Shown here piece after piece: positions 24,668 to 36,790 of a stretch of DNA of 64,000 nucleotides. The stretch spans positions 1 through 64,000 of the forward strand of contig JBEWZL010000011.1 of assembly GCA_045837725.1 (NCBI GenBank), given 5' to 3'. A program made the translations under genes and the position numbers. The notes under the pieces are model-generated. The model did not search any database, had not been told where the DNA came from, and saw nothing but the letters and a program-made list of their open reading frames with translations. Source of the DNA: Vermamoeba vermiformis (lineage: Eukaryota). Position 1 is the first letter of the stretch; every line of letters begins with the position of its first letter.

Positions 24668-25001
24668 TATCATCTAGCGTCTCTTCTATGTGTTAAATAT
24701 ATATGCGATGTACAAATGGTAATAGCGGCGTTTGTAAGATTTGTATAGAAAAGATTTTATGTAAATCTGCTTAATGCTCATGTAATAATCCTTGTAAATA
24801 ACATTGTTTGATATGAAATTAATAAAATAAATATATATTATCCATCTTTAATTATTTAGATTGTTCTTGTCCGCCTCCAGTCCTATTTGCAGCGTTTTTA
24901 TTTTCCGAAAGAATTCTACGCAAAAAAAAGCATAGAGAAATTTTGGATGCGGCTTAAAAAGCTGTTTTGTTTCATTTATTTTATTATTACTGTATAACAC
25001 A

Positions 25002-26294
25002 ATGTCGTTGTATGTTGGTAGTGTATCGTTCTAACACTCAATAAAAAGGCCTAACATTAAAAAGCGAATAATTATTAATGACGTCACGCTTCTGCAGATC
25101 GGCCTTTGCATTGGATAATTAATTTAATAATAGTAGATACTAATACTTTTATTGCAGGCAATTTACCTGGGGACTTACGTTCTCGGGAATTGGAGGATTT
25201 GTTCCAAAAATATGGACGGATTCGTTATTGCGAGGTCAAATCCGGAAGAGGTAAGCGCAAAAATATTCTCATTTATTTTTAAATATTAGAAAATTAGCTA
25301 ATTTTAAATTTTTTTTAAGGTTTTGGCTTTGTCGAGTTCGATGACACTCGCGATGCCGAAGACGCTCTTGACGCATTAGACGGTAAGTCCTAATAATAAC
25401 TACATACTCCCATACAATAGTACTGATAGTATATTCCTTTGCAGGTACAAATTTTGAAGGCGGTCGCATCCGCGTAGAGTTTTCTCGTCAACGAAGTAAG
25501 TATTTTTCCTTTTCTTAGCAGTGTACTTTCGCTATTTTAAATTCATATAATACTATGTGCTCGTTAAAGTACTCGAGGAGACGGACTATTTTAAGCATTT
25601 ATAATTAACTTGTTCGTAGTCTCGGATTCAGCAGCTACATGACGCGTCATCCACTGAAGAGGGCACACGCGCGTCAAGTTGTTTTAAGTACTTAAATTAT
25701 TTTTATTATAATGCTCATTAAGGCTATTAGTACTTCTCTAAGCCGTGAATTCAAATCCGAAAATTTTTTTTTGCGACTGCATCCGTCTGGCAACGATACT
25801 AATGCTTTTTTCTTATAGGCACCGCGTGCTATAAATGTGGTCGTGAGGGTCACTTTGCACGTGAATGCAGAAGATCGAGATCACGAAGCAGAAGTTATTC
25901 TCGATCGCGTTCCAGATCTAAATCTCGTTCGCGCAGTCGCGGTCGTAGACACCGTTCTCGATCTCGCAGCAGATCGTACTCACGTGGCTCGAGATCTAGA
26001 TCACGCAGCCGTGATGGTCGTCGACGAAGACGTTCACCTTCTGATTCCAGATCGCCTCGAAGAGGTCGATCGAGATCTCGATCCAGATCCAACTCTCGCG
26101 AACGAAGCAGAGAACGCGAGAGATCTCGTTCACCTGCTAAGCACGACACTAAGACTAGTGCTGGCGATAAAGACGCTGTTGGCAAGAAGAGATCTCGTTC
26201 TCGATCTGTGTCAGCCTCACCTGATCGTAAACGTCAACGCACTGACAATGCTACGATTGGAGTGGCGACTACTGAAGACAATACTCATGTTTGA
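25002..26294 (+). CDS. SR splicing factor, RRM + zinc knuckle + RS domain (SRSF7/RSZ-like)
   Basis: MSLYVGNL...[17 protein letters not shown]...[21 protein letters not shown]; long RS tract. Confidence 0.93.
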
Positions 26295-26896
26295 AATGGG
26301 ATAGCGAGGGACTAGTCTCGATATAGAGTTACCTTATATGCAATCCCATTTCAAAATGTTGAGTTTGGATGAAGAGCTATTTCTAGCAGAGAGAATAATT
26401 ATAAGCTAATTTTAGTATTATTTTTAATTATTACATAATATTGTACAAAATGGAATAAAATTTATTTAATTTGAAGCACTTGCGAATTGAGATAATTATT
26501 GAGATTTAATTATTGGAGCACAAAAGCGATCGAAACCATTCGAAATCCTTACGCTTTAATACACTATTCGTTGCAGATTATTAACTTAATAATACGTCTA
26601 GTCTGGTGTAGGATCCGATAAAAATGTACCGCTTGCCAAATAAGGGTAAAAACTCAAATTGCACACGCGGGTCGGAACTATTTTATTGGGCCAATAATCC
26701 AGCGGCAAAAATAAAAATCTAATTGCCGACAATATTTGATTAGTTTAAATACAAACACCAAAACCACTACCACATCTGCTTCGTAAGTAATACTGTTTTA
26801 AATCCTTCTCACCTAGAACAACACTGACACCAATACATCATACGCAGATTATAATAGTACGGTTCTAATCTTATTTTTTTCTTATTGTAGAATAAA

Positions 26897-27624
26897 ATGG
26901 CTATGAAAAGAGTAACGCTGCAAGATGTGATCCTTCCAGGAGAGAAATACTGGCGCTTATCGGTAAATTTAGATACCATAATATAGTGATAAAAATATTA
27001 TAATATCAACTGCGAGCCTCGCCAAGGCGATGTTGCATTATGAATTTAAAGACCTCCATCCGAAATTAATTTTATTTCTATTGACAGGAAGTATGGGCTA
27101 ATAATAAGAGACCTGTAAGAATTGTAGCTTTGAGCAAAAATGGCTTTAGAGTGATCGATCCGCTGACTTTGGTACGACATGGGACACGATCCCGTTCTAA
27201 AATTAACTGTTTTTGACATATTGCTTTCATACAGACCGTATTATATGAAATGCCTTTAATCTACATTAAGAGCTACGAATACGGCGTGGACGCATTGAAA
27301 TTAATTTACACCAAGTTGGATGGAGAAGACGTTCAAGTTGAATTTAGACCGAAAAAAGTATGGCGTAATTAATATCATTTTATAGTGACGATCTAATACC
27401 AATCTTAGGGCATGTTGCATAATATGCTGAACTTTAGCACCAAACTGCCAATTGTGGTCTGGATGGAGTCCCTGATCCAAGAAATTGCCCGAGAAAGCAG
27501 TGCGCAAAACTCCTCTGTATCTACACCTCGTTCTATTCGTATGCCCGATGAAGACAGTGGTTCTGAGTCATTATCTTCACCTCGTCGCAATAAGAAGCAA
27601 TACAAAGGTTACAAACAGCTCTAA
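26897..27624 (+). CDS. Small protein, possibly PH-like/FERM-C fold
   Basis: Four exons splice in frame; RIVALSKNGFRVIDP..TVLYEMPLIYIKSY resembles FERM-C/PTB strands. Confidence 0.55.
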
Positions 27625-27837
27625 ATCCGTTGAGCAAATTGTATTTTTATCGCTTGTATTATTATATCATATGTACATTAGTATCAAATTTAGCATATTG
27701 CGCTCGCAAGAATCCGATTCGCAGCGGAATAAATTTTAATCTCCCGCTCGAGATTTGTAAAACACGCCAACATTAGGTTAAAACTGTACAAAAGCTCCGC
27801 AAGTTTTTATTTGAGGAGGGTATTAAGGCTTATAAGC

Positions 27838-30800
27838 CTATTTTAAGCCAAGAGCTTTGGCCAATCAAATCGCTGGATCAGATCCAACGCGTTGTTTTCT
27901 TCGAGGTACTGCTCGGCTTTGACGGAGATCATAATGAACTCGCTCACAAATTCCGAGAACAGCTCGTTTAGCCACGCGAGCACGAGAACTGTCGCCCACA
28001 CTGATTCACCGAACTGTTCAAACTGAAAAAAACAACTCGTTAGTTCCGGATCAAATCCAACTTAATCGATTGGAAAATTACGAATATATAAACAATAGTA
28101 CTTCTCAATACCACTATTAATTACGAAACGAGTACTGATAATGAAAAAAAGTAGCTAAATTAAATTTCTTGTACGATTAGGAATATTTGAAATTAATACT
28201 GTTCAATTATATTTGTACTAGTTTAGGCGTACCTCATTATGGCCAATAAATTCTAGGAATTTCTTGCAATCAATATTGAGCACAGGCAGAACTTCGTTCA
28301 ATAACCAGTACCCATCGGGATGTTGCCTGAACAACACTTTGTCCATATCGATCTTATTGCTCATTTTCTTAGTCTTCATCGATACGCTTCTAGTATTATT
28401 ATGACTCGTATCATATTCATTTTCATCGCCGGTCATTTCCGTCAGCTGATCCCGCAACAGTTGCATTCTTATTGTAGAGTCCTTGTACGAATCTTCTGAT
28501 AGGCAATCTAGTTCTGATATTGCATTGTCAAAAGCTTCTTTGCCTATCTTAACCGCCCTAAAAAGGATAAATTAGAAAAATAAAAACTTTTTTCCTTTTT
28601 TGGCTATTATTATCAAATTTTCATTTGCAGGCATAATGAGTTGTAATTACAATGCTATTGATGTCATTTTTGTGGTTAATTAACTTACTTGGCTATATCT
28701 TGCAAGACGTATCGACAGAATGAACTGTATTCGTCAGCGATTTGAAGTGTGTCCGGATGTGTCGGCGACAGATCTGTCTTGAACATTTTCTGCACTGCCA
28801 TGTACTGCTGATCGATTTCTATTTTTAGTGCGTTGAATTCTACGGGATTGAAGTTTGACATTTTGATGAATTCTTCGTGTTTGGGTTTCAACGTCAATTT
28901 TGACACCAAAAGTTCATTTTTCAGTGAAACATCGGCGTGATTGAGTGCGAGTGACTTGTCATAAGGCTTATATGAGCTAATTATAGCCGCATATTGGCTG
29001 TAAAGTGCTTCGATGTCATTTGACAGCTTTTTCATGACGCCTGAAATTTCTGCAATCTTATCCACGTGCTCTTTCTTGTTATTCGCGGCTAACAATTCTT
29101 CTTCTTCATTTCTGCGCAATCTCAGCATTCTCTGAATCGCGCGCTTGTTCACTGAAAAAAAGTTCAGTGAAACAATTCTTTAGTTTTTGTTTTTCCTAAT
29201 TTAGTAATCGGAGTTTTACGTACTGATATGCTCTTCGAATAATTCTCCGAGTTGTTTTTGTTCTTCGTAATTCAACGGTTGAGAATTTGCAATTTTTTCA
29301 CGGAGATCTGGTTTGCTGTCGAGCACGGAGGGCGGAACTTCTTTGTATTTTTCTTCTCTATTGTCAACATTGAATTTCAAATTCAATTCTTCGTTGAACT
29401 GAGCGCTGGATTGACACTCGTAGTTTGGAATTTCAATCGTGAAGCTGATTGGTGGTTCTTCTTCCACGGGCTGAGTATCCACGACCACTGCTGAATAGAC
29501 ACAATTAGTACTATTAGACTACAGACTATATTTTTCACGTCAATCATTTGTTAGCTTGATTGGTTCGATCGTTTTACCAAGTGTCAAAGTGTCAAAAAAT
29601 GACCTCACGAATTGAATAAAATTGGATTTAAATTGATAGTAATGGTGATTTAAGAGTTTTTTATATGTGTACGTACCAGGCTCAGGCACGGTCAAATCAA
29701 GTCCCTCCATGATCATCGTGGCGTAGCTCGGTGTGCCCGTGTTTTTGATCTCGGTCAGCACGAAGGCAGTGTACGGCGACAGCACGTTGAATGTCAGCGA
29801 CAAGTTCATGACGGACTCAATGGCCTTGCTTGACTTGTGCGATCTCAAGTGCGAGATCAATGCGCCGCACGTGATGGTGTGCAGTCCTGCCCCATCTACA
29901 TGTTTGGGCATCGTAAGCCTAATTAGGAAATATCAGAATGAGCTATTGCCTTATATGGAAAGTGTACTCGGCGGGGGTGGGGTACTTACGGTGTCGTAGT
30001 GCCATTAGATGTCATTTGCAGGGCGCGAGTGGGCTTTGAATTCATGAACCCATAAAAAGTATATTTTCTGTTCGGAGCGAGCGGCAACTCGATTTTCTCT
30101 GAATATTCGTTCACTGAACCGAATTCTTCACCCAATGCGGCCAATTTGACAGGCACGCCAAAGTCAAGTGTCACTGATGGAGGACCGAACATGACATCTG
30201 TCACACAAAAGTGTCAATAAATTTTCGCAAAGATTTGTGGTACTGACGACCATTGTCGGTTGAAATTTTTGCAAAGATTAGTGACTTACGCTGCAACAAG
30301 CCAATGATGCGCGACTGCAACGAACTGCTGTGGATGTGTTTGACAATCAACGACTGACCCTTGCCGTGCAGTGCGATGTTGATCAGATCTTGTTCGACGA
30401 CATCGCTGCCAATGCCGATAGTGTACACTGATGATTGGTGCGCGTGGGCATCGATCAGATCCAAAATTTTGGTTTGATCCGTGAATTGGCCGTCCGTCAA
30501 CAAGAACACCACGCGCGGAATAATCTCGCCCTGAGATACCATTCATGAATCAGTAAAAATTGTTGCAAAGATTCAGATTTTTTTTTCGTTTTTTCTAACG
30601 TTAGCGTGTGAGACTCACGTCTTTTCCTTTTAAGGAAGGTGCTTCTAAGACAGCTTTCAGTGGCTCGTACACTTTGGTGTCGCACATATTGGCATTCGAG
30701 TCATCGGAATATTTCATGGCCTCTTGGACTGACTCGGACGTCAACGATTTGCTTTCCTAAAAAGGAAATGTCTCAGGTCCAAGCATTAATTATCACTGAT

Positions 30801-32393
30801 AGAATTGAATTCTTACGGGCCACAACAAGCAGAATCGATCGCCAAATCGGACAATGTTGAATTTGCTGTTTGAAGGCAATGACGCTAAAAATAGTTTCAA
30901 CGCTCCTACAACCGGCCACTTTCAGTATTATTACCAAATAAGGAAATTAATGATACGAGTACGTACTGCACGCTTGTGTGATCTTCTCGCCGCTCATAGA
31001 ACCAGAACAATCGAGTATGAACACCACTTCGCGCTCTTGTTTCAGTGCTAAGCGTTGTTGCGCCGTGAACGGGACACCTGAACAAAAAAATTGTCACTAC
31101 TAAAGAGCAAACAACTAATACACAATAAAACAAGATATATTATTGCATTATAATAGCATATTTAAATTACAGCGTAAAAGTTAATTAAATTGAAAATTGG
31201 TCAGTTCCGGTTAGATAAATTGTGCAAATAAATTAACTTGGTTGCTAGGCGTAGTAAAATATTAAGGGAGTAATAAATGTTAGTATTGTTATTACTATGG
31301 GTACGTACTGAACGAAGCCATAAAAGCAAAAGGAAATTGTTGAAAGTCATGGCACTCTTCGACCACGTAACTCGGCTCAGGTTTGACGGATCTGATTGTC
31401 AGATCGATCGATCGGAACACTCGGAGATCTGTTTGTGACACTTCAATGACAGCGGTATTGCCTAAAAAGGAAATATTAATATTGAAATTAATGTTAAAGA
31501 CTTGTTATCGTTCTTGGTCTATATAAAACGTACCATCAATCTTTGCATCTATTTTATGATTTTTAGATGTAATTGAATCGATATTTTCGCTTAATTTTAC
31601 GGCGATTGGTTGGATCGTAACAGAGTCGCTGGAAATAAATACATTAGGTAAAGGTTAAATCCATTATTATTTCGATATTAAAATACCTGTATGTCATATT
31701 GAGTGCAGGAAAATTAATTTGACGCGTTTGCTGGTCTTTTTCGAAGTTGTGAGGCGCTAACCACGATAACTTTACGACAGCGACAGATCCGGGCAGGAAA
31801 TTGCCTAAAAATCGGCCCAAAATATTAATTAAATATTATATTGATTTTTAATAAATATTTCCAGCCATTACCAATTGATAGCTCGAAAGTGTTTGGGATC
31901 TTCTCTGACATTTCGCCCATGTAAGCGGTGCCACCGCTGGCAATATGATCGTCATAATTATCTGACGCTACATCTTTGGGCTCTAATGTCGCGTTGTAGC
32001 ATTTACCGTCTGTAACAATAAATTAATGTCAGATGCAATTTTCGAACTCAGTTTTGAACCAAAAGATGTTCGCTTAAACAAATACAAATATATTGTTACC
32101 TTTATATACTTCGAAGCCTTTTAATTGCGCGTTATCGGGCAACGGAAATCCATATTTGACTTCAACTGCGCAATTGTTTTCATTTTTAAAGACCTACAAC
32201 AAAATCTTAGCCTCAATATCTCCCCAGAAGATTATTGTAGTATGCATATTATAGATAGCTTTAACGCGTTTATTACCTGAATCAGCTCGGTATTCGTGGC
32301 AAAATCGTCGATCGAGATCTTAAAATTTCCTTTGACAAGTTTAAGGCCAGCAGCGGTTGCTTGGCTCTGGTCATCTACTTGTGGTTCAAGCAT
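27838..32393 (-). CDS. VIT + VWA domain protein (VWA5A-like) with an embedded divergent 14-3-3 domain
   Basis: [66 protein letters not shown]; 14-3-3-like LSPTHPD...[33 protein letters not shown]-terminal QHPDGYW and WATVL. Confidence 0.85.
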
Positions 32394-32548
32394 ATTTAAA
32401 TATCTTTTGATCGAAGATATTAACTTGATGCGTGGTCTTTGACAGATATTTTTGATGAGAATAGATCCTGGTGAAATTTAATTTTTATTTTTTTTGTTCG
32501 TATCGATAGCAATACGCAACTACAATACTGGTATCACAAGTATTATTT

Positions 32549-34508
32549 ATGGAACCTAATCAACCTGCATACAAAGCACTTTACGCGCACTCGCAGTATT
32601 TCCGTATGTTGACCTACTGGCGCAAATGAAAATAGTAATAGTAATAATTATAGATTATTGTATTATAGATTACGCAAATTTTCCTGATCACTATCAATGC
32701 CACGATCTACTGGCAGCACATCCCGAAGTTGAAGAATTAATTTACACAATTGGCGAAAAATGCATATTTGCTATTAATACCGACCAAAATATTAAGGAGA
32801 AGGTACACACATATTTAAAAAATAATAATCAAACAATTTCACGCAACTTAAATTTGAGAAATTACGCGGATTTGGTAATTGCATCCGTAGAGATCGAAGC
32901 TAATTGATATATATATTTAGCGTGTTTATGTACGTGGTCCTAATAATGCTATTCACTTGCCTCAAACACCGATGTCGATTGCAGCGAGCAATAAATACCT
33001 CGCTGTTGGTTATCACGACAGCTTGGTCGAATTTTACGACATTAACAAACGAACGTAAGTAATATATAGCTAGAATAGGACTATATTAGTGCAATTATAT
33101 TAATCGATATTGTTAAGGTTTTTGTTCTCGTGGGAGGCGCATAGTAGTATGATTAATTACCTCGATTTTTATTATGTGGAAGGCAGACCAATTCTATTAA
33201 CAGCCACAAATTATGACTTGGTGATTGGTAAGATTTAATTTAAATATTATTATTTCCTTTTTAGGCATATTACCAAAAAGCTGCTTAAACGGACGATCCA
33301 AATCTGCTGAAACAAATTATTCACTCTAATATATGCTAATATTTTATATTAGCGTATGATGTTGATAACAAACAAGTCCTATATTCGGTGCAATTGCCGC
33401 AAGCAGCAAACGGAGTCAAGATCTCGCCAGACAATCGAACAGTAGCGGTTACAAGTGACACTAGCGACATATATTTCTTTTCGCCTCATGACCTTATTGA
33501 AAGTGGCATGATTAAACTGCAAAAGACAGTCAGAGTGTTCGATCGGCCGATCACACAGTCAATTAGCTGGGATCCCACTTCAAGATACGTAGCGCTTGCG
33601 AGTGAAGGAGATAAGTCTTGTGTAGTCTATGATACCGAAGAAGAGCGAGTTATTAGGAGATATGTTAAGCCAGTAAGTACCATTTATTTAAACAAATGAA
33701 AACATTTATAAAATTTATTTTCTGAGAATTTCTTCCAGTACATTTTACCAGATCTGAAGCCGTTGTTGATTCCAGTAATAATAATATTACTTTTCGTAAT
33801 AATATTGTGAAATAACTGAATAATAATCAACTATTAAGCTCGTAGAATTTTTTAAACAAAAGATCTATTTTTTCTGCGGTAATTAATAGTCTTTATTATT
33901 TAGTATCCAGTTCGTATTGTCAAATTCAATAACTCAATGGAAGCGCCATTATTAGTGATAGGAGAAGATATCAAAACAGTCACAGTTATCGATTACATTC
34001 CGGACTTTCAAGATGCGATTGCAGCGAATGACCCAAATATGCCGTGCGTACGACAGAATGTTAAGAATCATACTGTACATGGTCCTTATCATGTCTTGGG
34101 CATTTGTTTCTCAAAATCTGGAACGAAACTTTATTGGGGTAAGTACGAAAAATTCTTTTTAACTTTAAAATTCAGATTTAATCTTAAAAATGCCATTAAT
34201 AATGTACTAATAGCAAGGTTATTTGATTGGCAATTTACGTTCTTAATATTTGTTTTTGAGGGAAATGGAAAAATGATCCGAATCTAACATTCATTTTATT
34301 AGCGTATTGTGCCACCACGGAAACGTTCGAAGACGGTGGAGATTTTTATAATATTTCCGAGAATACAATAGGCTGCGTTAAATCGCTTAAAGAGACGTGC
34401 ATTCAGTTCATTAGATCTACTCTAGCAGAACATCGAGCGCATTATAAGGGCATTAGGAACCGAGTGACTAAAGAGCTGTTTGAACAGATCAATATTAAGA
34501 CTACATAA
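32549..34508 (+). CDS. WD40 beta-propeller protein with a C-terminal BC-box-like motif
   Basis: ANGVKISPDNRTVAV, ISWDPTSRYVALASE, GICFSKSGTKLYW; ends VKSLKETCIQFIR...VTKELFEQI. Confidence 0.75.
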
Positions 34509-34962
34509 TAATAAAATCCAATAGAGCGTTACAAACTTCGCTTAATCAATCCTAATAGTTAGAACAATACTACTTAGTATTGTTCTTCGGTCTTTCAACG
34601 GTGTATAAACAACTCGAGAAAGCTACTGGTAAGTCCAAAAATCAATTTATTGCGCGATTACTTGGTCCAAATAAGGAATTACACAAGTATAGGCAAAAGT
34701 TTTGTCCGTACAGTTGGTGTTAGGTACATCGTAACTCTTACGTTGGTTTAACATTCGGATTCCATCTTTCTCGCAGTTGAAAATAGATGTAGAATACAAT
34801 TTCAACATAATTCCGCTGTAATTACGTAGATGAAAGATCTCCGAAATTACAAAACTTTGTTTGTTGAATTGTTGCAGCACATTCTATTCTTCCTTTCCAA
34901 AAATAAATAGGCCGCGGAAATTATTGTTTACTCAATACTAATTCAACCAACAAACAACACAA

Positions 34963-35200
34963 ATGGAAACCCAGATCGAGGGAACTGTCATCCAAGGTCC
35001 TGCTCAAAACAATGACGTTCATACGCACTGCAGATAATATACTCTATTCCTGCTATACGCACAGACAAGAACAAGCTATCTATGCACCACTCAATCTTGA
35101 GTACCTCGTGGGTCATCGCATCCAGGTCCGTGGAACAGCACACGGACATGATCTCTACCAAGCAGTCATCACTCAAATTTACCGCGATCAAAATCAATGA
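34963..35200 (+). pseudogene. Small intronless ORF split by a 1-nt frameshift
   Basis: METQIEGTVIQGPAQ joins MTFIRTADNILY...VGHRIQVRGT if one A is removed from CAAAACA near 35003-35010. Confidence 0.4.
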
Positions 35201-35404
35201 ATAAGGTTTCATAACCTGAATTATGTTTGGGATAGTATAAATAAATTATTTCATATTCATTCACCGGATTTGCAAAAAAAAGAATTGTACCCATTTCGCT
35301 GGATCGACCACGAATAATTGCGTCACCCATCAATTATAGTAGCGATCATCATGTTCATTAATAATGGAATTTACCACGATTTACAGACTCCAAAAGAATT
35401 CCGT

Positions 35405-36427
35405 TTAAGATCCTCTCCAAGAATCCGGCAAGATCTCAATCTACAAGTTAGAAGTTAAATTGTATTCTTATATATTTATCAGTTATATAGTTAATTACCC
35501 AATAGCCATCAGGGTCAGCTACGAAAGCAATGCCTTTCATTTTGCCTCCATCCGGTCGTTTCAGAATGTTGACACCAGCAGCTTCAAGACGAGCAACAGC
35601 AGCATCGACATTAGGCACTATAACCGCTATATGACCAAAGCCTCGAGGTTCGGTGTTGCCTGTGTGATAACCAGCGAAATTGGGATCGGATTCGGTGCCC
35701 CAGTTGCTAAAAAACAGATATTAACCAAAATAGCTCCGTATAATATTAAATATGTATTTAAGTATATTATAGTTTAAATCGACTCATTTAATGAGAAATG
35801 AAAAAAAAGTGGATGTGATCGGTACCAAAAAGATCCGCGTAAATGCTTAATTTGAAGTAACTATATGCTTTAATTAATACTAGTATGATATATTAAAGGT
35901 ACTTACTGAGTAATTTCGATGCAGTGAGTGCGCAAGCCAAATACATAAGCGAGTTGATCCTCTTGCGAATTAAAAATGGGAACTTTCTCGCCAGGCTGTA
36001 AATAACCAAAGAAATATAAGCTGAATTTGCCCCAATCGAAGTCTATCATATAATACGGATTAATATACTGCTAAAATTGTCCAAAATTTTCAAAAATATC
36101 GCGCGATCCCAAATTAATTTTAATTACAACTAAAAATTCAGATATTCAAATAATGCAAGGTCTATTTAAATTATAAAAATTATAGAAAGGTGTCGGTATT
36201 CAAATATTAATCAAATTTGGACCAAAAATAATTCTGATCAAGCAAAATTTTCTGGTGGATGCTCGTAATGTTTGTTATAATTATATGCAATAATATTTAC
36301 CCAACTTCATGAGCATAGACATGCCCAACAAATCGACGTAGAAGTGTTTAGTCTTCTCGGGATCTTTGGCGCGCATCATAGTATGATGCAATCTCCAGCC
36401 AGCAGTCGGTGAATTCGCGTCAGTCAT
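35405..36427 (-). CDS. GLO1: Lactoylglutathione lyase (glyoxalase I)
   Basis: [58 protein letters not shown]. Confidence 0.95.
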
Positions 36428-36790
36428 ATTTATGTACTAGTAGTGTTGATGTGTTGCAAAATAATAAATTAAAAAAGGCGAAAATGCTTGGTCACGAGTT
36501 TTTTGTTTTCGTTCCTCCTCTGAAGTCCCACGAGACGTTCTAAAGGACTGCCACAGTCAAGTCTAACGGCATAAAATATAGGAATACAAATTCAGACCGG
36601 TTGGAAGCGCGGATCCCATTGATTGAGACATTCGGATTACAACGGAGTACAAAAAACCTCATTCAAGGCATAATTGTCCTTTATTTTACTATGAATTGTC
36701 CTAAGTAAGCAGACTATTATAAAATTCAATGACTAGCCATTCATTGAACGAATAGGAATCTCAGAGCAATGTATCTCGGCCCCACAACCG

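Noticed and set aside
25837-26304. RD/LDL-repeat ORFs in alternative frames and strand
   Set aside because: Off-frame readings of the RS domain; the AGATCTCG-like repeats are Arg/Ser codons.
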